Below are positions 40,448 to 54,636 of a stretch of 64,000 nt of DNA, piece after piece. The stretch lies in the NCBI RefSeq assembly GCF_006345805.1, contig NC_043007.1, positions 64,790,001 to 64,854,000 of the forward strand. Reading direction: 5' to 3'. A program made the position numbers and the translations under genes. The stretch comes from Octopus sinensis. Its lineage: Eukaryota. The notes under the pieces were generated by a model. It was not told the DNA's origin, did not search any database, and saw only the letters and a program-made list of their open reading frames with translations. The stretch's first letter is position 1; each line of letters begins with the position of its first letter.

Positions 40448-40741
40448 TGAGTGTGTGTTGGCTTACCACGCTGGCCGGTGTATCTACGTCATACTAAGTA
40501 TAGTGTGACGTATGTATTGCTGAATACTGAAACATTCGCAACATGGAATAAAAGAGTACTAAGTCAATACCCATAACCTGTTCTCTTATTATTGTTGTGA
40601 TCTGTATTACGTCATAGCTCATGCCCTCTAATACGGACGACGTGTGCGTTTAAGAGATGGTGGGAGTTTAACGCGATTAACATTTGAGCCGAAACCTGAA
40701 TGGTTTAATTGTCATGCACCAAGCGAGCGTATCCAATCATA

Positions 40742-40808
<67 letters not shown>

Positions 40809-41899
40809 TCGCGCGCACGTGTGTGTTTTTGGCTTGTTATATCCCTGTAACTTAGGGCTTCAGCAAAACCAGACTGATAGAATAAATTAAAAAGTACTCA
40901 AAAATTACTGGGTTCGATTCCTTCGACTAAGACCCTTGAAGTTAGTACTTCAGTACGGCTGCAGTCCAAAGACCGAAGCAATTAAAGAGTATATATGAGT
41001 GTATTTATGTATTATTTTGTCATATAATGAGAGCTGATAAGAAAGTACTTCTTGTTGGTCTTCTTGTTGTTTTTGTTGTTGTTGTTGTTGTTTAACCTCA
41101 GGTTAGCTCTGATCACGCAAGCTTCTGATCAAAAGCATTCGAGGTTCGACCATTTCATCTTCTCCTAATGTGCAAGTAATTTAGGGCCACATTATCGAAT
41201 GTGTCCTTTTTCTAAAACTGTAGGAGTGTTCTTTTAGGTAGATTTGATTGCTATCTCTCTAAGAGAAAGATCAAAGCTGACGCAACTTGTCATTTAAGTT
41301 ACAGGTACTATTATTAGAACGCAAAGAGCAGGAACAGATACTAGAAGTATTCCGTTCGATTCTCAAACAATTCTGCCAGTTAACGGCTATGGATTGGATT
41401 TTATCTACCGGCCTGGAGGCATTGAAAATTAACTTCAGTATGATTAGACAGCCAAATCTCTAAAGACTATGTCAATTCTACGACGCTCCAATGACGGTGT
41501 CAATTTGCTGCTTTGGGTGTAAAAAGAACTAAGCTTTGTGTTTAGAGACAAACGTTTAAAATATTGTTTTCATTGATCGATATTAACAAAATATTGACCT
41601 TCGTGGCAATCATGTTACCTCTATTTTGCTGTTTGATTTGCATTTAAATCATTGCTTCAAAAATAAACATAAAAAAGCGACAAAGCAAAATTTTCAAATG
41701 TTTCCGTTTGATTATGACCTTATATCTTATTCTTATCATTTGATTTCATTTAGCAATGATTTTGTATAGCTACTTTTTGAGAGAATATGCCCTTGTTTAT
41801 AAGTTGTTTATAATTTTAGCCTTTAAATGTATTTTGATATGCTGCCAATTTTTTGATGAAATTTATTTCTGTAAAAAAAACTTCATCCTATATTAGTAG

Positions 41900-42015
<116 letters not shown>

Positions 42016-42689
42016 GTGTGTGTGTGTGTATTAGTTCCACAGGTGTTGGTTTGTTTACGTGCCCATAAGTAGCGGTTCTGCATAGAGAGACTGCTAGAAT
42101 AAATATTGGGGTCAATTTGTTTGATTAAATCCTTGAACGCGGTGCCCCAGCTTGGTCGCTGTCTAATGACTGATACAAGTAAAAGAATAAAAATAGAAAA
42201 GAATTATACACACACACACATGCAATGTATGTATATATTTACACATAGTATATGAGAATTTTTAGCTAAATACGAAACACATTTCATCCTCAAGGAGATC
42301 ATTAAGAGAATTTTACTGGTAAATTTAAATGTAGATCAATAAATCTTGCTTAAATCAAAATCAAATTAATAAGTACTAAATTGTCAATAAGTATAAATTG
42401 TTAAGTTTGTAAAGATAATTAACCTTCTGTATACACTTGTTACAAATAACATTAATAATTAAAAAAATCCAGTTCGGTATGGTCGAATTGTAGCCCCAAG
42501 TCTCGAAATCTCTAGAGATTAGTACTCTAGAATTCGCAAAAATATTTAACAGGGATGACAATGACATAAACATCATTATGCATGTTAGTACCTTCGACCA
42601 ATATTCTGTTTGAATTAACAGAACAAACTTCACAGATTCTTTTGACATAAGCGGAAGGTTCTTTGTTGTAAATTTATGTGATTCATGTA

Positions 42690-42902
42690 AGGCGGCGAAC
42701 TGGTAGAAATGTTAGCTCACCAGGAAAAATGCTTAGCGGCATTTCGACCATCTTTACATTCTGAGTTCAAATGCCGCCGGCCCAACTTCGCGTTTAATCT
42801 TTTCGGGGTCGATAAAATAAGCTGAACACTGGGGGTCAATCTAATCGACATAGCCCTCCCTCGAAACCGCTGGGTTTGTGCCAAAATCTGAAGCCAATAT
42901 TA
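42690..42902 (+). mobile_element. SINE family A, full length
   Basis: aggcggcgaactggtagaaatgttagc...ctgagttcaaatgcc...tttcggggtcgataaaataag...gtgccaaaatctgaagccaat. Confidence 0.8.
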
Positions 42903-44733
42903 TGTTTTTCACATCTATTTTCTTAAATGTCACGCTTAATATAGCTAAAATTTACTTTCTCATTAATCACCGATACAGGAAATTATTCTGTATAAATAGC
43001 CTAAAATTGAATAAAAGCTGCGTCACATACACGAAAAACTGAATAGCAACTAAACCAACTAAATAAATCGGGGCCAAATGCATATGCAAAAACATTAATG
43101 TATACCCTTTAATCAGATATGCAACGCTGAAGTAATTATCTACTAGTCTTCAGCCATCTTCGTCAAACCAAATATCAACACTCTGCCTTACACTATGTAG
43201 ATATAGGAAACAAATTGAAATAAAGTTACTTGATTAACACATTTTTCTTCAGAAATTTAGGAAAGAGAATTGCAGCTATGCTTGGACTTTGAAAGAACAT
43301 GTTGCTTCATTTGACATCAATCATTAGGTTCGAGCTCTATTTGCTAAGTCATTGGGAATTATATAGAACTATATGCGGGCTTATCGCACAAGTTTTTGTG
43401 TGCTACATTAGAAATAAATAGAATAACAAATACGTATATCCTCAGATGTCTTCTATGAATTTACATAGAATCCTCAATTCTGCCATTTAAAACATAGATA
43501 GTTCACGTATTTTTCTTTGTTTTTGCATGGTTCAACCAAAGAACGAGCAACGCTCATAACTATTGCAGGATCTCTAAGACTGGCAATGAAGAAAGGAGGA
43601 AGTGACCATGGCTTATGGGTTTCTACTGGCCAGTTAAGTAGCTCAATTGGAAGTAGTCGCAGAGCGTGGGCCTTTCAACAAATAGGATAGTTTTCCAAGT
43701 CCTTGTTCACGAGTCCAGGTTCCTTTTGTATTAGGCAGAAAGTTCTGCTGGCGAAGCACTTCTACATCTACTTTCAAACGAACAACGGTATTTTGAAAGG
43801 AGTCACTGGGTGGAGAGCTGATCTGAATGACCGCAACAGAATTAAATCCATTAAAGGCACCCAAAAGCTTGGTGTTAATATTAAAATCGGTCGATGGGTT
43901 AGGTATACAATTTAGCTAATAATGAAATCGAACTACGGTAAGGAAATTCATGACTTCACAGCATTTATAATGTGAGAAAAAGGTCGGAGAGGTGAACGAC
44001 GACAACTACGACATTACGGCGATGATGAAAACAATGAGAATGATGGTTAACATTTGGGTAAGGAGGCCGATAGCAGTATCAACGTCTATATTTAATGGGT
44101 CGTGATGTCTGCAATGTAAAGCCAACATGAATGAATAATTAGATACCGACAAACAGACGGACATGGTAAAACAAACACAGATATACGAAAGACTTGGTAG
44201 ATTGGTACGTTACAGCCTTTTTACGTTCTGAGTTCAAATCCTTCCCGCATTTTCAACAGATAGAGGACAGAGGAATAAATTGATATATAAATATGTAGAT
44301 ATATAGATGTAATTCGAGAGTGGAAGACAAAAGTAGGAAGAAAAAAAGTAAAAAGGAAGGCGTACCAAATCACTCACTGAAGGTAATGGGTTGGGTATAT
44401 GAAGAGTGGACAAAGAAAAATAGAAATGAAAGAGTGACATTTGATATCAGCAGCCGCGAAATGGTGAAACTAAACAAAGATTTGGTATTTTAGCTAATAA
44501 AGACACTATGGACTAATGAATATAAAAACGTCATCTGTGAATGGTACAGTAGTAGCTGATGATGATAGAATTCTTTGTTATTGTTTGTGATGGGTCGTTA
44601 AGTTGTCGGCGTAAGTGGGATGGTAGTGGTGGAGTACTGATACCAAAGTTAACAGCCCGTAATGCTAAACCTTCACATGAATGTTCGATATTCTAAATGG
44701 CTCAAGAAAACAATAAACCTGCTGCTGCTGCTG

Positions 44734-44780
<47 letters not shown>

Positions 44781-45061
44781 GATAATGATAAAATACAATC
44801 AAAACAATAAGTAGAAAATATGCTATAAATTGTGTATCTTTCTTTTACGTGATTGGTTGGTGTTTATGTAGATGGGAGTGCAGACGTTAGAACTAACAGC
44901 CTGTAATGATATTAATAAGAGTTGAGGGAAATTGTCCAAGATCGAACGCTAATACCCAAGAGACCTTACTAGAGCATTTTCAGATGAATCTACACATTGT
45001 GTATGTGCATTTGTATGTGTGGATATGGGTAGGAACATATGTATGTACATATTTATGTCTT

Positions 45062-45105
<44 letters not shown>

Positions 45106-46859
45106 TCTTTATGTTTATGTACATATGTGCATATGTATATTTGAATATACGAATACATAGGTGTTTTTCTCTCTCTGTATGTGCGTATGTGTGCACGGAT
45201 GTATGCGCGTGTGTTCGTTTTTGATCTTCTATGTTTAATGCTATAGTGTATTAATGAGGCAAGTATGTAGTAGTATCTTGTTGTTATTGTTGTCCCCCAC
45301 CACTACCGCACATAAAGCATTTTCGTCACTTAGCAACAAATGTAATTTGTTAACTTTTTTTTCACTGTTTTAAATGCTTTATATATTTGTATTTTACTTT
45401 ACGTTTTGTATCTTTTATTATTGATTTTTACTGTATTGTAGCGTTTCCTTTTTCATATTTTTGTTACTTTTCTTTATGATCAGTTTTTAGTTGATAGGAA
45501 TTATTGATTTCTTACATTAGTACTACGCCATACATTTCTAATAAACTGAGATAGTCGTTTGACTCGATTCTAGTACATTACTGGTATTTATAGATTGTTA
45601 TTGCTGTTTAAGCTCAGATAATCAACTCTGATCAAGCAGGACCGAGTTTGATCAATATGGCATATCATTTCGATCGTGACATGCCGTTTTATTTTCTAAA
45701 TATCCAAATGGTTTAAGAAGGCCGTTGTGAAACCACGAAGTCTCGAGTATGATCCGCCTGCGTGACATCCCGGGCAAGTGTTTTTTTTGTTTTTTTTTTT
45801 ACCATAGCCACAGTTCGATCCAAGCTTTTATGTAATTCAAAGGTCACACACCACATCACACTGATTCTGCGAAAGGATTACGTTTGGGGTGTTTTGGAAT
45901 ATTCAACCACTTACACTCAATGCATAGGGGTAATTCAGCTAATCGAACAAGTGAACACTCACCGTCGCAACACATAAGGATACAGTTTTACATCTTTGCC
46001 TGTAGTAACCAATGTGTCTTTTTCTTTAAAGGCCATAGGATGTGATATGAAAGATATGTTGCTATATCTAGCTTTTTCTTTGGTAATTATTTTATCGACT
46101 AGGTGAGATTTGAGCTCAGAACACGTAAATAGCTTTTAGTCCAGCATGATGTCATTCCTCACTTAACAGGTATAAAACGCGAATAGTATTGGCAAAAACA
46201 AGTCAAAAACGTAAATAGTATTTGCAAAAAGAAAAAAAAAAGAAAACAGTAAAAACACAAAGGAAAAATTTAGAGAAAGAGAAACATTTTATTTATCTGG
46301 TGAGAATAGGAACTGAGTCTCTATTATTCATATTTATTCTAATATCAATATTCATACTTCCAAGTGTATTTTGAGGGCATATCCACATATATAGTAGATA
46401 TGCGTATAGTTTTACTTTAGAGTATGTATTGCATAAAGATATGTACAAGCGCGCACACGCGTGTGTGTGTGTGCGCGCCAACCTATGATATTATTGTTTA
46501 TCGTGACATATTTTCGGTTACTCTTTCAACAATCTGACCTATGGGACGAAACCAAGACAATCGAAATCTTATCGAAGATATAATTCACATCTTTAATATA
46601 ATGAAACAATATCAAGAAAAGATATAGATTATGTATCAAAACAGAAATATGAATATGTATAATTTCCACGGTTCAAACGACTGTGTATAATACTCATAGC
46701 TTTTAAACCGGCAGAGCACGCACATTATATAAAACGTTTTGTGCATAAGTAATGTGCATATATAAATTCAATGCGTCTTTTTCGGATGAATCAATAGCGA
46801 AGCGACAACAGCAGTTGGTATGATAACAACGTTATTACTACCACTCGCTGTACCCTATA

Positions 46860-46960
46860 ACCGGAAGTTGTATTTAAAAAACTATATATTTTTATGCAAC
46901 TCCTGTCACTAATGAGAGGGAACTAACAATCAAAACATAATACCACGTCAAGGGTAAATT
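46860..46960. promoter_or_regulatory. Possible promoter: ETS and CRE-like motifs
   Basis: ACCGGAAGT (46860-46868) and ccacgtca (46943-46950) in non-repetitive sequence with several CpGs. Motif evidence only. Confidence 0.25.
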
Positions 46961-47198
46961 GGCACTGATATTTGTTTTCTTTAGCGTATTTCGAACGCCT
47001 AAGATAGTTTAAACTAGTTCCATTTTATTTTGGGTATCTGTATCCGATACATAAAAATATATTGAAAAAGAAAAGAAAGAAAACTATTGTGATATATATC
47101 TCTGCGCATGTCTTTGCTAACATCCCCGCAATTTCGGCTATATATAAACATAACTATGTATATGTATATATATATTTATATATGTGTATATATGTATG

Positions 47199-47364
<166 letters not shown>

Positions 47365-48355
47365 GGTCTGTCTGTCTGTCTTTTAGGAATAGTTCCCATT
47401 CATACATGCTTTATTTTTGTAAATACGATCGTTTTTTGTTAAGGTTTTTCTCATACTTCATGTTAATACTCAGTTTAGTTCGCAAGAAATAACTTTCTTA
47501 AATGTATAAACGTTTTAAGACATTTTCGGTGTTACCTCCTGGAAAATATTGTTATCATTGATATTAATCATTGTTGTCTTTTTATAGCAGGCAGCAAGGA
47601 TAATGGAAATGATATTGTTACTGAAGACACAATCATCACTAGATTTAAAATTTTGACCATTAGCCCCATTAAACTTTCCTTATAATGTTTCCATTGCTAT
47701 TCTAAATTTTGGTGGAGTTCTATATCGGATGGTTGTATCTTCAACTAGTGTTCCCTATCCAGTTCTATTTTGTGTTCTTGGTGGTGTAACATTAGAATAA
47801 ACTTTTTCCTTCTCTCCTAAATATGTGGCATTCTACCACGTTGAAAAATCATTGTCTTTCTTTTGTGCCTATAGGTCTGTGTATTTCCTTCAAATATCAT
47901 CTATAGTTTAGCTTCATTGAAACGTCCACTCTTTGTTCTGGAGAATTCAATTCCAGTTTAAAGGTCCATTTTCCTAATGATTTATACGAGAGCACAGTTG
48001 TTGATTGCAGAATTATGAGAGTTAAATCCATATTCACACAGGCATAGTTATGAGGTTAAAAAGCTAGCTTCGAAATTATGTGGTCATGCTTCTGAACGCA
48101 CAAGTATAGCATTTTAGTTAAATCTCTTCCATTAGAGCCCCATGAGTGAAATTTGGTGGACTAAAGGATTGAGAAAAAAATTTGTTAGACGGAAAGTATG
48201 AGAAGGCCTGACAGATACATACACACACGCACACTCACGCGCGCACACACATAATGTATACATATATATACACCACCACGTACAGAGATATATATATGTA
48301 TAATGCCAAACACAGTCACATATATATATGAGTGTGCGTGTGCATAAATATATGT

Positions 48356-48402
<47 letters not shown>

Positions 48403-48438
48403 TTAGTTTTATGTAATCATTAATATATATATATGTAC

Positions 48439-48494
<56 letters not shown>

Positions 48495-48821
48495 GTATAT
48501 ATATATGTATATATATATATATGTATATGTATATATATGAACCAACTTCACGGCAGGAGGTGCAGATGAGGGCAGCTGCATCGAACTCTCTCATGCATCA
48601 GATGGCGTTTGCTAAAAAGCATCCGTGAGGTAAACCCGTGTAGCAAACCAAATGGCGGTGCCCCAGCATGGCCACAGCTCATTAGCTGAAACTGGAAAAA
48701 TCAAAATCAAAATCAATATACACATATATATATATGTATATACTGATATATATATATATATATATATGTATATGTAGAATAAATATATATGTGTATATAT
48801 ATATATATGTGTGTGTATATC

Positions 48822-49088
48822 AGGTGATCACATGATCGACCAGACCGTCGGATGTTATACATCCCTGATCACAATCCGTCTTGTATGATTTTAGGCTTAG
48901 AATAATACCACCCCGCTGGCTGGGCGAGCAGACCAGCACTCCCTCTAATCGGAAAGCCAATCCGTCACAGGGCCACCTTCTTGCAGCTGAGTGGACTGGA
49001 ATGACGTGAAATGAAGTGCTTTGCCCACGATCAAATCCACGATCCAACAATCGTGAATACAACACCTTAACCACTATGCCACGCGCCT
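48822..49088 (-). mobile_element. tRNA-derived SINE family C
   Basis: Minus strand starts ggcgcgtggcatagtggttaagg and contains ccagtccactcagctg, the same head and core as 57911-58205. Confidence 0.7.
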
Positions 49089-49179
49089 TATAATATGTGT
49101 GTGTGCAAGTCAGAGAATTTAACCTAAAATTGCTTAAACTAAATAGGGATGACCTCATATATATATATATATATATATA

Positions 49180-49239
<60 letters not shown>

Positions 49240-49249
49240 ACACATACAC

Positions 49250-49280
<31 letters not shown>

Positions 49281-49699
49281 GTACATCATGTGTGGAGCAC
49301 TTATTCTTTTTTAAGCAAAATCATAAAGTTGTCTACATACACACGCACGTGGGTATGAGTATGTGTGTGTGTGTGTGTGTGTAATACCTCTTAGTTAAAC
49401 TGGATTACGTATCCGAATTCGTTTAATCTCCTTTGCACCGACTGTACATCTAAGCAGATTGGCTCAATACAAATTTTGGTTAACTATAGGGATCAACGGA
49501 TTGAGAAGAGCATTAAACTCATGATTTGGATGAATAACCCCGTTTATTTTAGATATGACAAATGCATTCAGCAAATGTCTGAGCTTCTTAATGTTTATTT
49601 TGGGATGATAATTTTATAATGTTTCGATCAGATTCCTTTATTGGTGAAAGATTAGTGTTTTGTGTCCTTCATCAATGGAAATATTTCCACATTCCATGG

Positions 49700-50080
49700 A
49701 CTAAAAGTACAAACCGTTGGATAATATGCTGAGGCCTTTTCCCCTTGGTTAGCTCCCCATAAAATATCTACATGGGCAGCTGATGACATGATAAGCCCAG
49801 CGCATTTGGTTCAAAATTATCCCTTCCTCAATAGTGGTGCTGCTAGCTTTCTCAATTATACTGATATCAGGTGTGTAAGAGGACCACTTTGTGTTCAAGA
49901 TATGCTGGGTACAATGCTAATTGAACCTTTCCAACTGTAAGCTGGAAAGGTTTCGCATCCATATAACTGGGTTTAACACAGGTTTCATACACAGCGAGCA
50001 TCGTGTCTCTTGTGACTGCCCGATCTGACCAGAACTCGCATCTTGAGTTTCCCGAAAGTAGCACAAACTTTCGCAATCCT
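49700..50080 (-). pseudogene. RTE-clade LINE fragment
   Basis: ATFGKLKMRV...LYGCET, NQMRWAYHV and FYGEL-like motifs in shifting frames. Confidence 0.65.
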
Positions 50081-50197
50081 GTAATTTATACATGTTACCA
50101 TATGTGTGTGTGTGTGTATGTGCGCGCGCGCGTGGTGCGTGCGTATATATGTATGTACGTGTATGTGTATGTGCCGATGTGTGTGTAAACACATCAT

Positions 50198-50239
50198 AAT
50201 CGTCTGAGGATCGGCAGCGAGAAACTTGGAGTAACGATT
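50198..50239 (+). ncRNA. Complete canonical type I hammerhead ribozyme
   Basis: AATCGT-CTGAGGA-TCG(GCAG)CGA-GAA-ACT(TGG)AGT-A-ACGATT. All core nucleotides are present, stem I is a perfect 6 bp, stems II and III are 3 bp each, and the triplet is GUA. Predicted cut after 50233. Confidence 0.8.
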
Positions 50240-50261
50240 TGTGAAGATTTAGCCTCGTATA

Positions 50262-50635
50262 TCTCTCTATATATAAACGGCAAAATGTCTGCCTCTCTGT
50301 GTGTGTGTGTGTATCCTTTATACAAATCCATAATTTTTCAGTTAGAGGGCTCGCACTTTCTATGGTCATTCAAAACTGTCCAAGGGTGGTCGTGCACATC
50401 TTTACATTTCCCCAGTCACCCCGCAAAGCCATTACAAAATCAATAGGAGTGACTTTTTTGTGAATTTTGTATCCAAAACCCAATAAAAATGCCCGAAACT
50501 TGATACGGCAATTGAATGCCAGCTAGCTCTATGTGATTGGTTGGAAATTTGGACAGTACTCGCGTGTATGTGCGCACGCACGCAGCTGTATATGCACTAG
50601 CACTATGACCCGGCGTTGCCGGGTCATAGTGCTAG
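50262..50635 (+). mobile_element. Complete non-autonomous Helitron (about 374 bp)
   Basis: A|TCTCTCTATATATAAACGGCAAAATGTCTG at the 5' end, similar to the 6-kb Helitron. 3' hairpin cccggc-gtt-gccggg, 8 nt, then CTAG|T at 50632-50636. Confidence 0.8.
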
Positions 50636-51155
50636 TGTATATATATGTATAAAGCAACCACTCAATGGCTTGTTCCTAGGCTCGAAGGCAGTTCATTTGA
50701 TACAGTCGAAAGGTTATTGTCATTTAGATTCATGTCAGCATTAATCAAGTATCCCTATACAAAGACACACCATTCGTGCCCATCGCGTTTTTAGGAGTAT
50801 CTAGTTGAGGGAGATAATTTATCCTTTCACTCTCATCTTTTTTAAAAGACATGATGTGAATCGAAGGAGGTTCAGTCGCTATTACCAGTAGGCTAAGTAA
50901 TCATAAAGCCTGTCTCTCGCTGTCTTGACTGACTGTCGAATGAGAAATTATATATAAAAATACGATTTCTGCCCCATTAAATTTTAGTCTTCACTTCGTC
51001 TCACGGCACTTCCACAATACATACACCTCAACAATTTAAAGATCGTCTCCTCCAGTTTCTTTTTCCCCGCTAAGAATAAATCTGTCGTCTTCTCAAACAA
51101 ACTGCTTGTGAAATAAAATCCATATGTTTCTCCTCTTCCTGTTCTTATGCTGCCG

Positions 51156-51206
<51 letters not shown>

Positions 51207-51427
51207 TACTACTTGAAATACGTCGGTTACTTTCAACAAGCGACGATCAATGACACTTTGAATGCTAGGCTTTCCTGTAGTTCAATGTAGGCCATCTCAG
51301 AGAACTGAATACTTAACAAGTAAACAATCAAATCAGCAAACAAACAAACTAGGTTTTAGTAGAAGTAGAGGTGGCAGTAGTAATAGCATTGCCGCTGTTA
51401 CTCTTACTAATAATACTGCTGCTGCTG

Positions 51428-51481
<54 letters not shown>

Positions 51482-52838
51482 TTACTGCTGCTGCCGTTGC
51501 TGATAATATTGATAATGATGATAATAATGATGAGGGGAGGGTGATTCTTACGCACAAACCACTCGGATCAGGTAGGAGAGAGATTAATCAAGTGAATTGG
51601 ACCGAGTACATTACCGGTATTTAATTTATCAATCCAGGGAAAGAGGGAATAAAGAGGAAAGTGGGATTTAAAATTGATATCGTTAATGACAGCTTCAACA
51701 AGAAAAACAACAAAAACGATAAGATTACCCCTCTTCAGTAAACCGAATTTTAAAAAATTGATGCCAGGAGAAAGTTAACTATACAACCATAGTAAGTACC
51801 ACACAATGTTGAATAAGTCATCCTTACCAAACTTCGGTTTGGAATGAACTCTGACATAACGTATTAACCCAAAGAGTGTAGAATATATACAAAAGGAAGA
51901 GTTTTACGATCCATTCAATTCTTAAAAGTGTAATTAATGTGAATTAAGAGTTAGTTGCACCGAGAGCAACATGATTGGAACAGGAAAAGAAATTATGACA
52001 GAGCGGTGTTGCGGTCATCAAATTAGGAAATATAACAGATTATAATAACGAAAATGACACTATGAATAAGAACATATAACTGGTACCTATCAATGTAATC
52101 TGTGTGATAGCCAAAAACATAAAATAAGTCAATTAGATGAAGTAATAGCTTTTTCTATCTGTTTCCCTGTGTTTGGCTATCGACCAGCAGACGTACCCTA
52201 AAGAAACAAAACCGTTATAGTGTTAGAGACGGAGAGAAGGTGAAAGCAGATTTAGATTTTTGCTATGCAAAGAATAGATTAATTATATAACATCATCAAA
52301 ACTGATACGAAAATAATTTCAGGAAGGAAAATAGAAAACTTAACAAGGCGAAACGAAAATAACTGTATATTGTACCATGCAGAAAAAAAAACCTCCTGAA
52401 ATAATGGCGAACAAATACAGTAGTAGAGCTATCAGTGTCCATGCATATTATTGTTCATCATTCTAGAACAACATTAAGGTTAAGAACAACAACGCAAGTC
52501 ATACAATTAGTCATCTTTTGCTATGAATTATCTGAAGTATAATGTAGAGAGCCCTTCATTGTAGTTTCTCTCTTCTATAAAGAAAAATGTTCACATTAGC
52601 TGCAACAAAATATACTTATAAGCACAATAACGTGTGCTGTTCTGCATAGGCTTGGTTACCAAAATTCAACTATATGAAGAAAGAATTATGTGTTAGTTGT
52701 ACAAACTCTTACAAAATTACATTGCGAAAATACCAAGGAACTTTTAGTAATACACAAATACCACAAAATAGCACATAAGACTTTACATAATTTTTCTCGG
52801 ACGAAAATCAATATAGTCGCCACAAACGATACTATCAG

Positions 52839-52924
<86 letters not shown>

Positions 52925-52926
<2 letters not shown>

Positions 52927-54510
52927 TAGTTTTAATTTTATAACGCGCTTTCACTTCACTACCGAGCGCCGCTCTGTGTGCCTTGGGTATGTGCTGTGAT
53001 TTGTTGTGATGCTCTGATGGTTACTGTATTGAAAGTGTTCTGCGTAGGATGTGTGCAGTGTCTAGTAGTGCAATTTTCTGTATGTTATATGTGTTTGTAA
53101 GTCCTGGTGTTTTTGTTATGTATTTATCTGAATATTTTTTTATCATGCCTAATGCTCCTACTATGATAGGAATTGTTTCTGTTTTTAGATTCCACATTCT
53201 AGTTACCTCTATTTCCAGGTCTTTGTATTTTGAAAGTTTCTCCATTTCTTTTAGAGACACGTTGTCATCTGCTGGTATTGATACATCAATTAGAAAGCAT
53301 TTCTTTCCTTCATGATCTCTGACAACTATATCTGGTTTGTTGGCCTTAATTTCTCTATCTGTGTGTATTGGCATATCCCAGAGTATGGTTGCTTTCTCGT
53401 TTTCTGTGACCTTTTCTGGTGTGTGCCTATACCATTTTTTTTCTGTTGTTATTCCATAATGTTGGCATAGCTTCCAGTGTATGTAGGTCCCAACTCTGTC
53501 GTGTCTGTGAATATATTCCTTCTTAGCCAGGACTGGGCAGCCAGAGATAATATGATTTATTATTTATTGTCCATCTCCACATATTCTGCAGTTACTTGTT
53601 ATACTTCTTTCCATTACATGTTTTTGGTAATTCCTGGTGGGGATGCTTTGGTCTTGTGCTGCAATTAAAAATCCCTCTGTCTCTGCTTTGAGTCCCGAGC
53701 TTCTCAATCACTGCTGGAATTTTTCTTTGTCTATTTATTTTGCATTTAGTTTAGTCCAGTACTTGCCATGAAGGGGCTTTTCTTGCCATCGTTTTATCAT
53801 GGTCCGTTGCTGTTCTAGTTTTAGTTTTGATTTCATTTGCTTTATAGCTTTTGTTGTGTCTTCTTCTTCTTCTTCTTCTTCTTCTTCTTCTTCTTCTTCT
53901 TCTTCTTCTTCTTCTTCTTCTTCTTCTTCTTCTTCTTCTTCTTCTTCTTCTTCTTCTTCTTCTTCTTCTTCTTCTTCTTCTTCTTCTTCTTCTTCTTCTT
54001 CATAATATTTGTTAGGTGGTATGATTTCTTGTTTGTATTTGTCAGCTTCCTTAAATACTGAGAACAATTTTCTGTTTTGCTCGTGTTTTGCCGCTATTTT
54101 TTATCAGTTTTCCTTGCTTCTGAAGTAGGTATTTTTGCAGTCCTATGGTGGTTATTTTATAGTAGTTTTCCAGCTTTATAAGGCCTCTGCCACCTATACG
54201 TTGTACGTATATATAGCTTTTCTATGTCAGATTTTGGGTGATGCATTCTAGATCCTGTCATTATTTTTCTTATTTTCCTGTCTATTTTGGTTAGTTCATT
54301 TAGCGTCCAGTTAAGGATATTGTAGCTGTAACTTATAACTGGGACAGCTAAAGTGTTAATACCTATTATCTTGTTTTCAGCATTGAGCTCTGTTTTTAGT
54401 ATTGATCTAACTCGTCTATAGTATTCTTTCTTTATTTTCTCTTTCATTTGTCTTATCTAGTTTTGCCTACCAAGTCATGTCTGCGTTTATACTCCTTATG
54501 TGCTAGTACA
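52925..54510 (-). pseudogene. R4/Dong LINE 3' half (thumb, CCHC region, endonuclease) with internal (GAA)n
   Basis: HHPKSDIEKLYI, RWQEKPLHGKYW, RHDRV and KPDIVV...IDVSIP...KYKDL. The 3' end abuts (ATT)n at 52840-52924. Confidence 0.85.
53859..54001. repeat. Pure (TTC)n tract, about 47 units
   Basis: Directly visible; reads as poly-Glu in the LINE frame. Confidence 0.95.
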
Positions 54511-54636
54511 CTGCACTCAATCAAAAGGTGATTGCTATTTTCGTCTCCTTTCCTGCGCTGTCTGACTAGGTTTTGTCGATCTTTACTTTTATCAGGTTTG
54601 TTCTTCCATGAAGTTCCATCTGTTTATATATATATA

